Positions 54,575-64,000 of a stretch of 64,000 nt of DNA are shown here, piece after piece. Within the stretch, counting starts at the first letter, position 1, and each line of letters begins with the position of its first letter. The stretch lies in NCBI GenBank assembly GCA_000004985.1, contig GG738877.1. One strand, written 5' to 3'. The notes under the pieces are model-generated. The model was not told the origin of the DNA and made no database searches. It worked only from the letters and a program-made list of their open reading frames with translations. Source of the DNA: Naegleria gruberi. Its lineage: Eukaryota. A program made the translations under genes and the position numbers.

Positions 54575-56398
54575 TTAATTTAATTGCATAGATACTTTTG
54601 TGAAAAAGTAATGTACCATTATTGGGATGTTATAAGTCTTGTTCAAAAGTTCAGACATGGCAGTATTTAAATTTTGATTAACATAAACTTGTGGTTGTTC
54701 TTTTTCTTGATCATATTCAACTCTTATTTCAACAAAGTCATTATCTGTAGTTGTCTTGATATAAATAATATCGCTTGGAGTTGAGTACTCTACTTCAACT
54801 CTTCTTTGATTACTATTGTCTGTATGATGTCTTGATGTTCCTGATGTATTATGTGTACAAATATTATCAAGAAGACCCTTAGAAGAATCTTGAACTTGGC
54901 TAAAACATGAAAGAAGAATATCATTAAGTAACATGTGCTTTTTCATGACAGCTAAAGTAAATCTCATTTGATCAAAATTCAAGAATGGAACTCTTCTAAT
55001 AAAAACACCAGAATTTGTTGCCAATTTTTCAGAAATATTTGAAGTAGTTGAAACAAAGTTATATACACTTGATTGTACTTTCTTTGTTGAACTTGTTGAA
55101 TAACCTGATAATAAACAATTTTGAAAAGTTTCCAATACTCTAATATCTCTATTATACTGCTCATTTACACTCATATCCCTAGTAAAGTCAGGTGGTAAAA
55201 TATTTTCAGGTTCTTGTTGTTTTTCTAAACTTGATTTTTTAAGTGATGAAATAATGGATTGAAGGAAATTCAAATTTTTAGCTGTATAAAGAGGTATTAA
55301 AGTTTGTTCAGTAAATACCATAACAGGACATGTTTGTTGTAATGCATTTCCAGCACATCCTTCAAGTGTTACAATAACTTTTCTATCTCTAAAATAATTA
55401 ATAGAAACACCTTCACATATTATTGAAACCTTGTCAGATGGAAAATTTCCTTCTCTTGTAATATAATGTTCAAATTCTCTCATTACACTTGTACTTTTTA
55501 AGAATGAACTTGTATCATTAATTTGTGTAGATCTTAAACTTGCTTTATCTGTAACAATACAATTAGGTCTACTTGCTACGAGATGATATAATTTACAAAC
55601 ATCTAATAATTTCTTTTCAAATAATTCAGGATTCCTATCTTTAACTAGAGTACTCATTAAATCTTCTGAAATTGGTTTAATTTCTTTGTGTTGTGATTCT
55701 GGATTATTTCCTTGTTTTGTTTTTTGAAATTTAATTGATTTTAATTCTTTTGTTTCAGTAAATTCAACATCCAAATTTAAAATATCACAACCCATTGAAT
55801 AACCAGTAACAAGATCTGAAGAACTAATTAAATCTGTTATTGGTAAGGCAGCATAATCTTCCTTTCCAATAAATTCATTCATTTCTTTAGCAACAGAATT
55901 TAAAATTCTTTCAATTATTTGTTGATGTTGATATTGTGTTAATACTTTTTCTGTACATTTTTGAATGGCATCCAAAAGTTCTCTTTCTTGTAATTGAATT
56001 CTATTAAATTCTTTAACTGATTTTGATTGTTGTTGAGTTTTTTCAAGAAATGCTCTTGGTTTTATAGTTAATTGTTCTTCAACTCTTTGTTTTATAATTG
56101 AAATTGCATGTTTAAGAGATTCTCTTCTTTCCAAAATATTATCACTCATATGTAATGGATGAACTAATCCATTATCATTAACTTGTTGTACTTCATTTTC
56201 CATCTTTTTAAGAATTTTTTGTATCTTGTCCCAATAATTAACATCTGCTAATTGTGAATGTTGTTGTTGTTGTGTTGGATTATTTACATCAATATTTGAT
56301 TGATCATTAATTGGTGTTGAAGTTAAAGGTGTACCAACATTACTTGTTGGTGTTGTATTTACTTCCGATAATAAATTAATTGGTGTTGAAGATGACAT
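54575..56398 (-). CDS. Hypothetical 607-aa protein, unknown function
   Basis: Long intronless ORF. S/T/N-rich N-terminus, otherwise mixed composition. No motif recognised. Confidence 0.45.
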   Translation of the reverse strand: MSSSTPINLLSEVNTTPTSNVGTPLTSTPINDQSNIDVNNPTQQQQHSQLADVNYWDKIQKILKKMENEVQQVNDNGLVHPLHMSDNILERRESLKHAISIIKQRVEEQLTIKPRAFLEKTQQQSKSVKEFNRIQLQERELLDAIQKCTEKVLTQYQHQQIIERILNSVAKEMNEFIGKEDYAALPITDLISSSDLVTGYSMGCDILNLDVEFTETKELKSIKFQKTKQGNNPESQHKEIKPISEDLMSTLVKDRNPELFEKKLLDVCKLYHLVASRPNCIVTDKASLRSTQINDTSSFLKSTSVMREFEHYITREGNFPSDKVSIICEGVSINYFRDRKVIVTLEGCAGNALQQTCPVMVFTEQTLIPLYTAKNLNFLQSIISSLKKSSLEKQQEPENILPPDFTRDMSVNEQYNRDIRVLETFQNCLLSGYSTSSTKKVQSSVYNFVSTTSNISEKLATNSGVFIRRVPFLNFDQMRFTLAVMKKHMLLNDILLSCFSQVQDSSKGLLDNICTHNTSGTSRHHTDNSNQRRVEVEYSTPSDIIYIKTTTDNDFVEIRVEYDQEKEQPQVYVNQNLNTAMSELLNKTYNIPIMVHYFFTKVSMQLN

Positions 56399-56605
56399 GA
56401 TGATCTTTTAAACACAACTCTAAGTTCTCTGTCTCTCTGATGATTGTATTTTTTTTAAAAATTAAAAATTCGGAACAAGGCTTGAAAAAATTCTCTCAAC
56501 ATTAATTCTTTTGATTCAGCCTCATTCTGCAGCATAGAGAAGGCTATTTTCTCTGAGATCCGATTATAATTTATTATATCATCATTTGTAAATTTTATAT
56601 TAACA

Positions 56606-58838
56606 ATGCCATCAAGAAAAGTAGTATTTACTTCACCTCCTAAAATACTTCAATCACCAACATCATCTTTATCTTCATTAAAACATTCATCTCCATCAAT
56701 GGATTATCATCAATTATCAATGGAACATTTTAATAATAAAGAATATGAACAATCATTGGAAAATTTAAATAAACTCTTAAAAGAAACAACCAATACAACA
56801 GAAATATTTAAAATTAAACATAATATTGCAATAGTAAAATATTTACATGAAAATCATTCGGAAGAAAAATTACTTTTAGAATTGGAAGAAATTAAACAAT
56901 CAACTAGAAAACATTCTAATCATCAATTTCCAATTTTAATTTACAATCAATCTGTATTATATTATAAAAAGGAAAAATATAACAAAGTATTAGAATTATT
57001 GGAGCCTTTATTTGAATCATTAGATTCTAATAATGAAAATTCTATTAATAATCAATTATTAAAATATGATGAATTTCTAGTTTTAAAAATATGTTTTTTA
57101 TTATTAGATATATTTATTGATAATATGAAATCAATTGAAAAATCACAAAATGTAATTAAATATATTGATAATAATTTTCAATCTATTATTCAAAGTACAA
57201 TACCATCTCTTCCACAATTAAATATAACAGAACTTTCTATAACTGAATCAAAATTTAACATTTTATTTTATAAGACAAAATTAGCAATTTTACAAAAAGA
57301 TGAAATTTCAATCATTTTAGATTTTATTCAATCTGCTAATCATGTTATTAAAAATGCAAATATTTCAAAAGAGGAAAATAATTATATTAATAGTATCATG
57401 ACAAGTAAAATTTGTCTACTCGAATGTTTTTTAACTTTAACTAGAAATAATTCTAATAATAATGAAATTTATCATAAAAATATTAAAGAATGTATTCAAT
57501 TATTAACTCATCATAAAGAATCACTATCTCCAATTGTTTATTTTAATAATTTAGGATGTATTTATTTAAAAAAAGAAAATGGAAATTCTACAATGTCACA
57601 ATTTTACTTTTCCAAAGCATCAAAATCAAATAATTCTTTTGCTTGTTATAATTTAGCTTATCAATATTTATTAAGAGAATCTGAGAAAATTAAAGAAATT
57701 ACAAATTGCCTTTGTAAAAATAATCCATTTCTTGATTGTTATGAATTATTTCATAAAGCTTCATTAACAATGTATGATAATCCTTATTTATGGATTAGAA
57801 TGGGAGAATGTATTTTATGTGAAAATCAAAGATTATTGAAAAAGGAAATTTTTGAATCATTTCAACAAATGTCAAATAATTGTTCTGGAAATCAAACAAT
57901 TCATTTACCAGTATTAACAAATTGTGGAATTAAGAAATATTCTTTACAGAAAGATATTTTAGATGTGTAAGTTTATTCTTTTATTTAATATGTGAAACCA
58001 TTTCAATATATATTCATATTAATATTATTAATATTTAATATTATTAATATTTAATATTATTATTAAATGTATTATTTCATTAAATATATAAATTACTAGA
58101 TGTGAAGAAGAATTAACTAAACAAAACAAGTATAATATTGAATTATTAAATGATAGATTTACAAGAAAGAATTTAGAAGAAATGTCATTAGAAATGGCAG
58201 AAAAATGTTTTCATAATTCTTTAATAATTTTATCTAATATTTTATCAGAATATAAAATGAAATATAATTTAAATGATAATTTTCAAACATTACAAAGTAA
58301 TAATGAAATGATTAATCAATCATTTATTAGATTACAACAAGCACTTATTAATGTAACATTAAAATTAGCATATGTTTCATTATGTTTAGATAATCCATTA
58401 ATTTCAATTACACATTGTAAAACTATACTTTCACTTTCAATTTCATATTCAAATTTAAATATATGTCCTGTACAATATACTATAATTGCACTTTCATATG
58501 CATTTGAAGCATTAACAATGACAGATCAATCAGAAAAAGTATTTCAAATAGTTACACCTCAACAATTACAAATTCTAGTTACACATTTACAACAATCATA
58601 TTCAGAAAGTGAGGGTTTATTATATCAACAAATATTACTTTTAAATTTATCAATTGTTCATTTAATTCAAGGAAATTATGAAAAATCACAACAAACTCTT
58701 CATCACATTACTCAAAATATTCATCAATTACCAAATCAAATCAAACCTTACTTTTTATGTGTACAATTATATCTTTTATTAATTGAAGGTAAATCACAAC
58801 AAGCCATTCAATTAATTTCTTCAATAAAAATTCAATAA
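56606..58838 (+). CDS. CNOT10: CCR4-NOT complex subunit 10 (TPR-like), 2 exons
   Basis: ILIYNQSVLYYKKEKYNKVLELLEPLFESLD...LVLKICFLLLDIFID (human [33 protein letters not shown]...AVCFLLVDLYIL); NPYLWIRMGECILCENQ (NPRLWLRLAECCIAANK); LNLSIVHLIQGNYEKSQQTLHHITQNIH ([29 protein letters not shown]); PYFLCVQLYLLLIEGKSQQAIQLISSIKIQ ([26 protein letters not shown]). Intron at about 57966..58099 (GTAAGT...ACTAG). Confidence 0.85.
58010..58072. repeat. AT-only tandem repeat (about 16-nt unit AATATTATTAATATTT, about 3 copies) inside the CNOT10 intron
   Basis: Direct reading: attaatattattaatatttaatattattaatatttaatattattattaaat. Confidence 0.7.
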
Positions 58839-58952
58839 TTAACATCATAATGACCTTTCAATTCACTCTCTCAACACTTCAAATTTGAATAACGAAAAAC
58901 TTTGTTTATATTATGAAATGATTGGAATTCTAATCACTTTCTATCCCATATA

Positions 58953-60140
58953 TTGTCCACTTACCCATTAACTTCCAATCACGTTCAATCTAAAAATACA
59001 AAACAAAATATTGAAAAAAACATCACCAAACATCATCAAAAGGCTTTGAAAAGGATGATGAATAATCAAAACCAACAACAACAAGGAACATTTCCATTTG
59101 ATAGTGCCATTCTATCTGATAATTCACAATATACCTATGGAGGAGAACAATCGTGTACATATATTTGTTTAACTGCTATTGAATACTTTTTAAATAATTA
59201 TTCCAAGTTTAGAATTCCGATTTCATCATCAACATCAAAAGATCTTAAAATTACAAAGAATGATATTGATTATGTATTACAATTAGGTGTTTCAAGAGAT
59301 AGAAAAGTTGGACTAACATCATGTGATGATGTTTATTCTAATAACGAATATTTTCAAAAAACACTTGAATTGAAATCAATGCACATTTCAAAATTAAGTG
59401 ATAGTCTTTCTTTTAAACAATTACTTAAAGAAATGGAATCAAAATCAATTGATACAAAATCATCAAGTGATGTAACTGCTCTAGTTTTAACTAAACCACC
59501 TGAAACTATTGCTATATTTTATGATTGTTATGGTTATTTAAATGGAAAAGAGAATGAATATTATCCATGGTTTATATTTGATTCACATCCAAGAAAATAT
59601 AGTAGAGGTGGTGGTTTTTATTTATTTAAGGATTTATCTAAAATTGAACAATATTTGAAAAAATTATTTATTGATGATTTTGATTATTATAGAAATATGT
59701 TTGATTCTTATCAAGCTAAATCTCATGTCATGTTTGAAGGTACTATTGTAACATTAAAACCTCTTTCAAATTTGAAAACTATTCAACCACCACAAACTGT
59801 AAATCAACCACAAATTGTAAATAGTCCAAGTCAACCAGTCAAACAAGAATCAAACATTCCAAATAATACTAATAATAATAGCACTCCAAAAGAATCTCAA
59901 AAACAAGTAATAGTTCAACAACAACCAGTAGATCAAAATCAATTGATTGAACAATTAATGAAAAAGATTGATCAATTAACACAAGTTAACAAACAACAAT
60001 TTGAAGAAATTCAAACACTTACCTACTTGTTAAAAGAAGAACAAGAAAATCATCAAAGAACTGCATTAGAAAATCAAAAGCTTAAAAAATCAACCAAACA
60101 ACAAGAAAATGTAATTGATAAGATTTTCTCTTCCTTTTAA
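58953..60140 (+). CDS. Hypothetical protein; N-terminal globular region with Cys...His arrangement, C-terminal Q/N-rich coiled coil
   Basis: 395-aa ORF with SCTYICLTAIEYFL (Cys) and later FIFDSHPRKYSRGGGFYLF (His), a spacing reminiscent of papain-fold peptidases/deubiquitinases. C-terminal LIEQLMKKIDQLTQVNKQQFEEIQTLTYLLKEEQ coiled coil. No firm family. Confidence 0.4.
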   Translation: MSTYPLTSNHVQSKNTKQNIEKNITKHHQKALKRMMNNQNQQQQGTFPFDSAILSDNSQYTYGGEQSCTYICLTAIEYFLNNYSKFRIPISSSTSKDLKITKNDIDYVLQLGVSRDRKVGLTSCDDVYSNNEYFQKTLELKSMHISKLSDSLSFKQLLKEMESKSIDTKSSSDVTALVLTKPPETIAIFYDCYGYLNGKENEYYPWFIFDSHPRKYSRGGGFYLFKDLSKIEQYLKKLFIDDFDYYRNMFDSYQAKSHVMFEGTIVTLKPLSNLKTIQPPQTVNQPQIVNSPSQPVKQESNIPNNTNNNSTPKESQKQVIVQQQPVDQNQLIEQLMKKIDQLTQVNKQQFEEIQTLTYLLKEEQENHQRTALENQKLKKSTKQQENVIDKIFSSF

Positions 60141-60397
60141 TGACATTCTAATTTAAAATGTACATTTCCTTGGTGATGGTGTAAATAAACAAAATAACTT
60201 CAATCCATTAATGTAGTTTGCTTGGTTACTTCAAGAGTTATTTCTCCTCCTACTCCGATTAAAGGCTTGTTCGTTCTCCTCAATTTCAAATCTAAAAAAA
60301 TAACAACAACAAAATATCATTTTGCAATCATCTATTTTACTAGGAGAGATTGCTGATTTTTGGATTAAATTATTATAAAACCTCGAATCGGATCAAT

Positions 60398-61613
60398 ATG
60401 AAAAGATTATCAACAATCATATTTATAATTTCTTGTATTTTGTTATTCTTTACTTTAATAACATCAACAAAGGCTGATGATGATGGATTATGTTTAATGA
60501 CTAGTAATGGATTTGAGAATGGAACAAATAATTTCCCAACAGTTAAGAATAGTGTACCTTTTTATTTGGATCCACAAGCTTCATCATCTCTTGGAACAAT
60601 TTGTCCACATTTAGTTGGTCAAAAAGTTTGTTGTAATTCTACTCAAGTTTCTACAATGGTTTCTCGTTTTACACTTTTAGATGCAACGTATGTTGTTTTA
60701 ATATTATGTAATAGTTTTAATTGTTATATGAAATTGTGTTACAATGATTGTACAATCACATTTGGAATTTCATTGAACATTTGGATTAATCTATTGATTA
60801 ATATTTATCAAATATATTTTAATGATAATTGTTTTAATATTGATATGAAAAATTAGATTTTGGCGTTGTATTGCTTGTGTTTTAAATTTAAAGAAAATGT
60901 GGTGTGATTTTACATGCAGTAATCAACAAGGACATTTTCTTACCATTGAATCAATGTATGAAACACCAAAATATGCTCAATATATTAAGGAAGTTAATTT
61001 TTATGTTTCATTAGATTTCCAAAATCAAATTTGGGAAAGTTGTAAAGATGTTAAATTAGGTCAATTACCAGTTAAAGATACATATGCAAATGTTAGAGCT
61101 TATTTACAAGGAATGGTAAATTTAGCAGTTCCAAATCCAAATATTCAATACATTTTCCAAACAAGTGAATCACATCTTGAAAAACTTACAATTACAAAAA
61201 ATATTACAAAAACACCACTCAGATATGATCAATCACCAAATTATGAAGATATTTCAGTTCCATCAGTAGAACATTACAAAACTAGAAAAATTCAAGATTT
61301 CAATAATTCAACAACTCAATTTTATAATGGAACAATGTTAGCATGTGAATTATCATGTGATTGTACATATTGTGAAAAGGCTTGTGGAACAATTACACCT
61401 GATTATTCATGTAAAATCTTTGGATCACCATGTTTTGTTGTTGCATCAATTGGTGGAAGTGTTATTTTAGGTTTATTTATTATTGCAATCATTTCTGCTC
61501 TATTCGAAAGAGGTTTTAATTGGTTTAGAAATAGAAATAACAAAACGAATGAAAATATTGAAGTTAATCAAGAAAATTCTTTAAATTCAGATAGAAGATA
61601 TAGAACATTTTAA
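60398..61613 (+). CDS. NPC1 N-terminal domain (sterol-binding NTD)-only protein with signal peptide and single C-terminal TM anchor; 2 exons
   Basis: Signal peptide MKRLSTIIFIISCILLFFTLITS. The NTD is collinear with human NPC1 NTD: LCLMTSNGFENGTN...ICPHLVGQKVCCNSTQVSTMVSRFTLLDAT ([33 protein letters not shown]). A GTATGT...AATTAG intron at about 60689..60855 restores FWRCIACVLNLKKMWCDFTCSNQQGHFL ([29 protein letters not shown]). The gene ends with one TM (VVASIGGSVILGLFIIAIISALF) plus a short tail and stop at 61613. No sterol-sensing domain or further TMs follow. Confidence 0.7.
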
Positions 61614-61678
61614 TTTATTACCTTTTTGATATAAAAGTCACATTACCATTAAATAATAATAATAATCATAATATTACT

Positions 61679-62761
61679 ATGAATACTACCACAACAACAG
61701 CTCCTCAACAACTACTACAACAACCACAATTTATGAATAGTCCATCACTTCATTATAATAATTTACCTCCGGACCATATTCTCAATAAACAAAGATCTAA
61801 TATTAGTATTAAACAAATTAATAAGAATATTCAAACTATTACAAATAATACTAATACTAATAATAATACTAATACTACTAGTAATAATAATATAACATCA
61901 CCATCAATAATGAATATTCCACCTAATAATAATAATAATCCGATAACATCAATATTAAATAATAATAACAATTCAATAATGATGTTAAATAATGGTCAAC
62001 CAATAATAATGACAACATCAAATCAACAAATTAATGTTGGAGGAGGAGGTGATTTAATGTTACCTCCTAATAATAATAATAATATTATGAATAATAATAG
62101 CTCTAATTTAAATGTTAATAATAATTTAAATTCATCATTAAATTCAATCAATAATAATAATATCAATAATACTACTACTGAAAATAGTAATAATAATAAC
62201 AATTTAATATTAACAAATCGTACACAATTTTTACTTGATTCATCATCAATAATAAATAATGTAGAAATGTTATTTAATATTCGAATTGGAAATTCTAAAC
62301 AAATAGATATGGAAATTACTAAAAGTGGAAATGAAATTAAACATTATTCTAAATCATGTATTCATGATTTAGATTCACTTCAAAGATATTGGTCAGAATG
62401 TTATAGAATTGAAAGTGAACATTTAAATGATAAACCATTAATGTATATTCCAATTACAGGTTTAATTAATATTAAAGTATTTAAATTATTTAATAATATT
62501 CCAATAATGGAACATAATTTAGAAAAGAAATATGATTTTAGACAATCTGATTCTTTAATAGCTCCAATTAAATTTGATAATAATATTGTAATTGTTTTAA
62601 AATTAATGAAAATGGATTATGTTGAATTTATTGGTTTACAATCATTTGATTTTTATTTAATTAAATCATCACAATCTTCCACTTCTTCATCAACAATAAC
62701 ATTACAATCATCTTCCACTTCTTCCTCTTCAACTGGTCCAATTATTTTAAATAATCAATAA
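61679..62761 (+). CDS. Asn-rich hypothetical protein with a C-terminal globular domain
   Basis: 360-aa ORF. Long poly-N/T tracts, then about 150 aa of ordinary composition (NVEMLFNIRIGNSKQIDMEITKSGNEIKHYSKSCIHDLDSLQRYW...). No family recognised. Confidence 0.45.
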   Translation: MNTTTTTAPQQLLQQPQFMNSPSLHYNNLPPDHILNKQRSNISIKQINKNIQTITNNTNTNNNTNTTSNNNITSPSIMNIPPNNNNNPITSILNNNNNSIMMLNNGQPIIMTTSNQQINVGGGGDLMLPPNNNNNIMNNNSSNLNVNNNLNSSLNSINNNNINNTTTENSNNNNNLILTNRTQFLLDSSSIINNVEMLFNIRIGNSKQIDMEITKSGNEIKHYSKSCIHDLDSLQRYWSECYRIESEHLNDKPLMYIPITGLINIKVFKLFNNIPIMEHNLEKKYDFRQSDSLIAPIKFDNNIVIVLKLMKMDYVEFIGLQSFDFYLIKSSQSSTSSSTITLQSSSTSSSSTGPIILNNQ

Positions 62762-62930
62762 AATTCAAAAAATAAAATATTCAAACCCTTTCCATTCATA
62801 TTTTAAAAAGCTTTTAGCCTTTGATTTTGTTTTATTTTAATAATAAATTTTTGAAAGCCTTTAAAAAAAATTCATCAACATATCATATTTTAAACCAATA
62901 GCCTAAAACAATTCATCATCATCTTTAAAA

Positions 62931-63694
62931 ATGTCATCATCAAATGAAATTGAACAATCCAATGAATTGGAAGCACTCCAATCAATTTATCCAACAGAAT
63001 TAACTATTAATTCATCAACAAATTTTAAAATTGAAATTTATCCCTATACAGTCGAATCGGAAACAGAAACTAATAGTGTTGGTATTACATTGGAAGTTAA
63101 TTATACTCCTGATTATCCAGAATCAGTTATACCTTCATTTGAAATTTATAATACAAGAGGTTCTATTACAAAACGTGAAATGAGTGAATTAAAAGACATG
63201 TTAATAGAAACAGCTAATCAATTTTTAGGTACATCATGTGTATTTACTATTGCTAGTACAATTCAAGAATATTTAGTTCAATATCAACAACGTGAATCTG
63301 CTCTAAATGAACAAGATAATTCATCATCTTAACAACAAAGAATGATGAAACATCATCAAAGGATAGATTTACAATGGATTCTGAAGTATTAGCATCAAAT
63401 ATTGGACGAGGAACACCTGTTACTATTGAAAACTTTAGAGAGTGGCGTGATAAATTTGTTGTTGAACAAAAGAAAATTATGGAAAAACAAAGAATTGAAA
63501 AGGCTAAGAAATTACCAGGTCCTAAAAGTGGTAGAGAAATATTTGAAGAACGTCAACAACTTTTGATCAGTAAAATTGGTGAAGCAGCTGCTGCTAATCA
63601 ATACGTTGAAGAGGATGATATTGATGAAGATTTATTCTTGGAAGATGAAGATGAAGAAGAAGTCAATAATGAAGATGAACAAGATGAAGAATAA
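62931..63694 (+). CDS. RWDD1: RWD-domain protein, RWDD1/Gir2-like (DRG-family regulatory protein), with an apparent frame break between the two parts
   Basis: ORF 62931..63332 is an RWD domain (EQSNELEALQSIYPTELTINSS...VGITLEVNYTPDYPESVIPSFEIY...). ORF 63374..63694 is the DFRP region (RGTPVTIENFREWRDKFVVE...KSGREIFEE + acidic tail; human HGTPVTIENFLNWKAKFDAE...LSGKQLFETD). The two are in different frames, with about 10 nt of mutual overlap around 63320..63332 and no usable GT...AG intron. Confidence 0.7.
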
Positions 63695-64000
63695 ACTATT
63701 TATACAGTTTATTTTGTTTATTATTATTGAAATATTTGTTGTTGGATTGTGAACTTTTGGTAATTCTTTCATCATTACAATTTTATTTAAAATTTAAAGA
63801 AAAATTCATCACAATCGATCAGCCTAAACAATTCACACAACAATAAGAAGTGCACTAAAATAATCGGAAGATGACATCTAATCAAATTAATCATAATGAA
63901 AATATCATAAATAATAACAACATGTTATTAGAAGAATTACCTAATGAAATACTTTGTTTAATATTAGATCATTTTGAATTTAAATTTCTATTTCACAATT

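Noticed and set aside
56606-58838. Reading 56606..57970 and 58182..58838 as two separate genes
   Set aside because: Both halves align to consecutive parts of CNOT10, and a canonical GTAAGT...AG intron of about 134 nt joins them in frame.
1-64000. Prokaryotic defense island / CRISPR array / restriction-modification or toxin-antitoxin system
   Set aside because: The window is eukaryotic: spliceosomal introns with GTAAGT donors, Pol III tRNA genes with an intron, and eukaryote-specific genes (Pol delta, sestrin, CNOT3/10, SF3B6, TBC GAP, SH3 domains). There are no direct-repeat/spacer arrays and no bacterial operon structure.

Overview
This window is eukaryotic nuclear DNA, not prokaryotic. It is AT-rich (coding roughly 30-35% GC) and densely packed with about 43 protein-coding genes on both strands. 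Genes carry 0-4 short spliceosomal introns with GTAAGT/GTATGT donors and AG acceptors; intron lengths run from about 40-50 nt up to about 160 nt. There are two RNA polymerase III tRNA genes, Asn/Gln/Thr/Lys homopolymer-rich proteins, and one 50-nt run of N, which is an assembly gap. Codon usage (AAT/GAT/TTA/CAA/GGT/CCA/TCA/AGA bias) and the Asn-run proteins point to a dictyostelid-like amoebozoan. The intergenic DNA is less extreme in AT than Dictyostelium discoideum, so the species cannot be named.

Genes recognisable from conserved motifs are: DNA polymerase delta catalytic subunit, a Sir2-family deacetylase, sestrin, D-2-hydroxyglutarate dehydrogenase, peroxisomal-type acyl-CoA oxidase, glycine-cleavage H protein, CCR4-NOT subunits 3 and 10, the SF3b 14 kDa subunit, an RWDD1/Gir2-like protein, TBC RabGAP, LRRC45-like, F-BAR+2xSH3, TLDc, a YL1_C (Ies6-like) protein, a CCCH zinc-finger protein, a 3xRRM protein and a WD40 protein.

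No CRISPR array, mobile element or prokaryotic-style defense island is present. The most unusual content is:
- an intron-containing, membrane-anchored PstS/DING-family phosphate-binding protein gene (16772..18278);
- an intronless AlkB-type integral-membrane alkane hydroxylase homolog carrying all diagnostic histidine boxes (3877..5298);
- a standalone NPC1 N-terminal (sterol-binding) domain protein with a single TM anchor (60398..61613);
- two apparent reading-frame defects (CNOT3 NOT-box and the RWDD1-like gene), most likely draft-assembly errors.

Coordinates of inferred splice sites are approximate (about +/-2 nt). The supplied ORF track uses alternative start codons (GTG/TTG translated as M), so several listed ORF starts are not real initiators.
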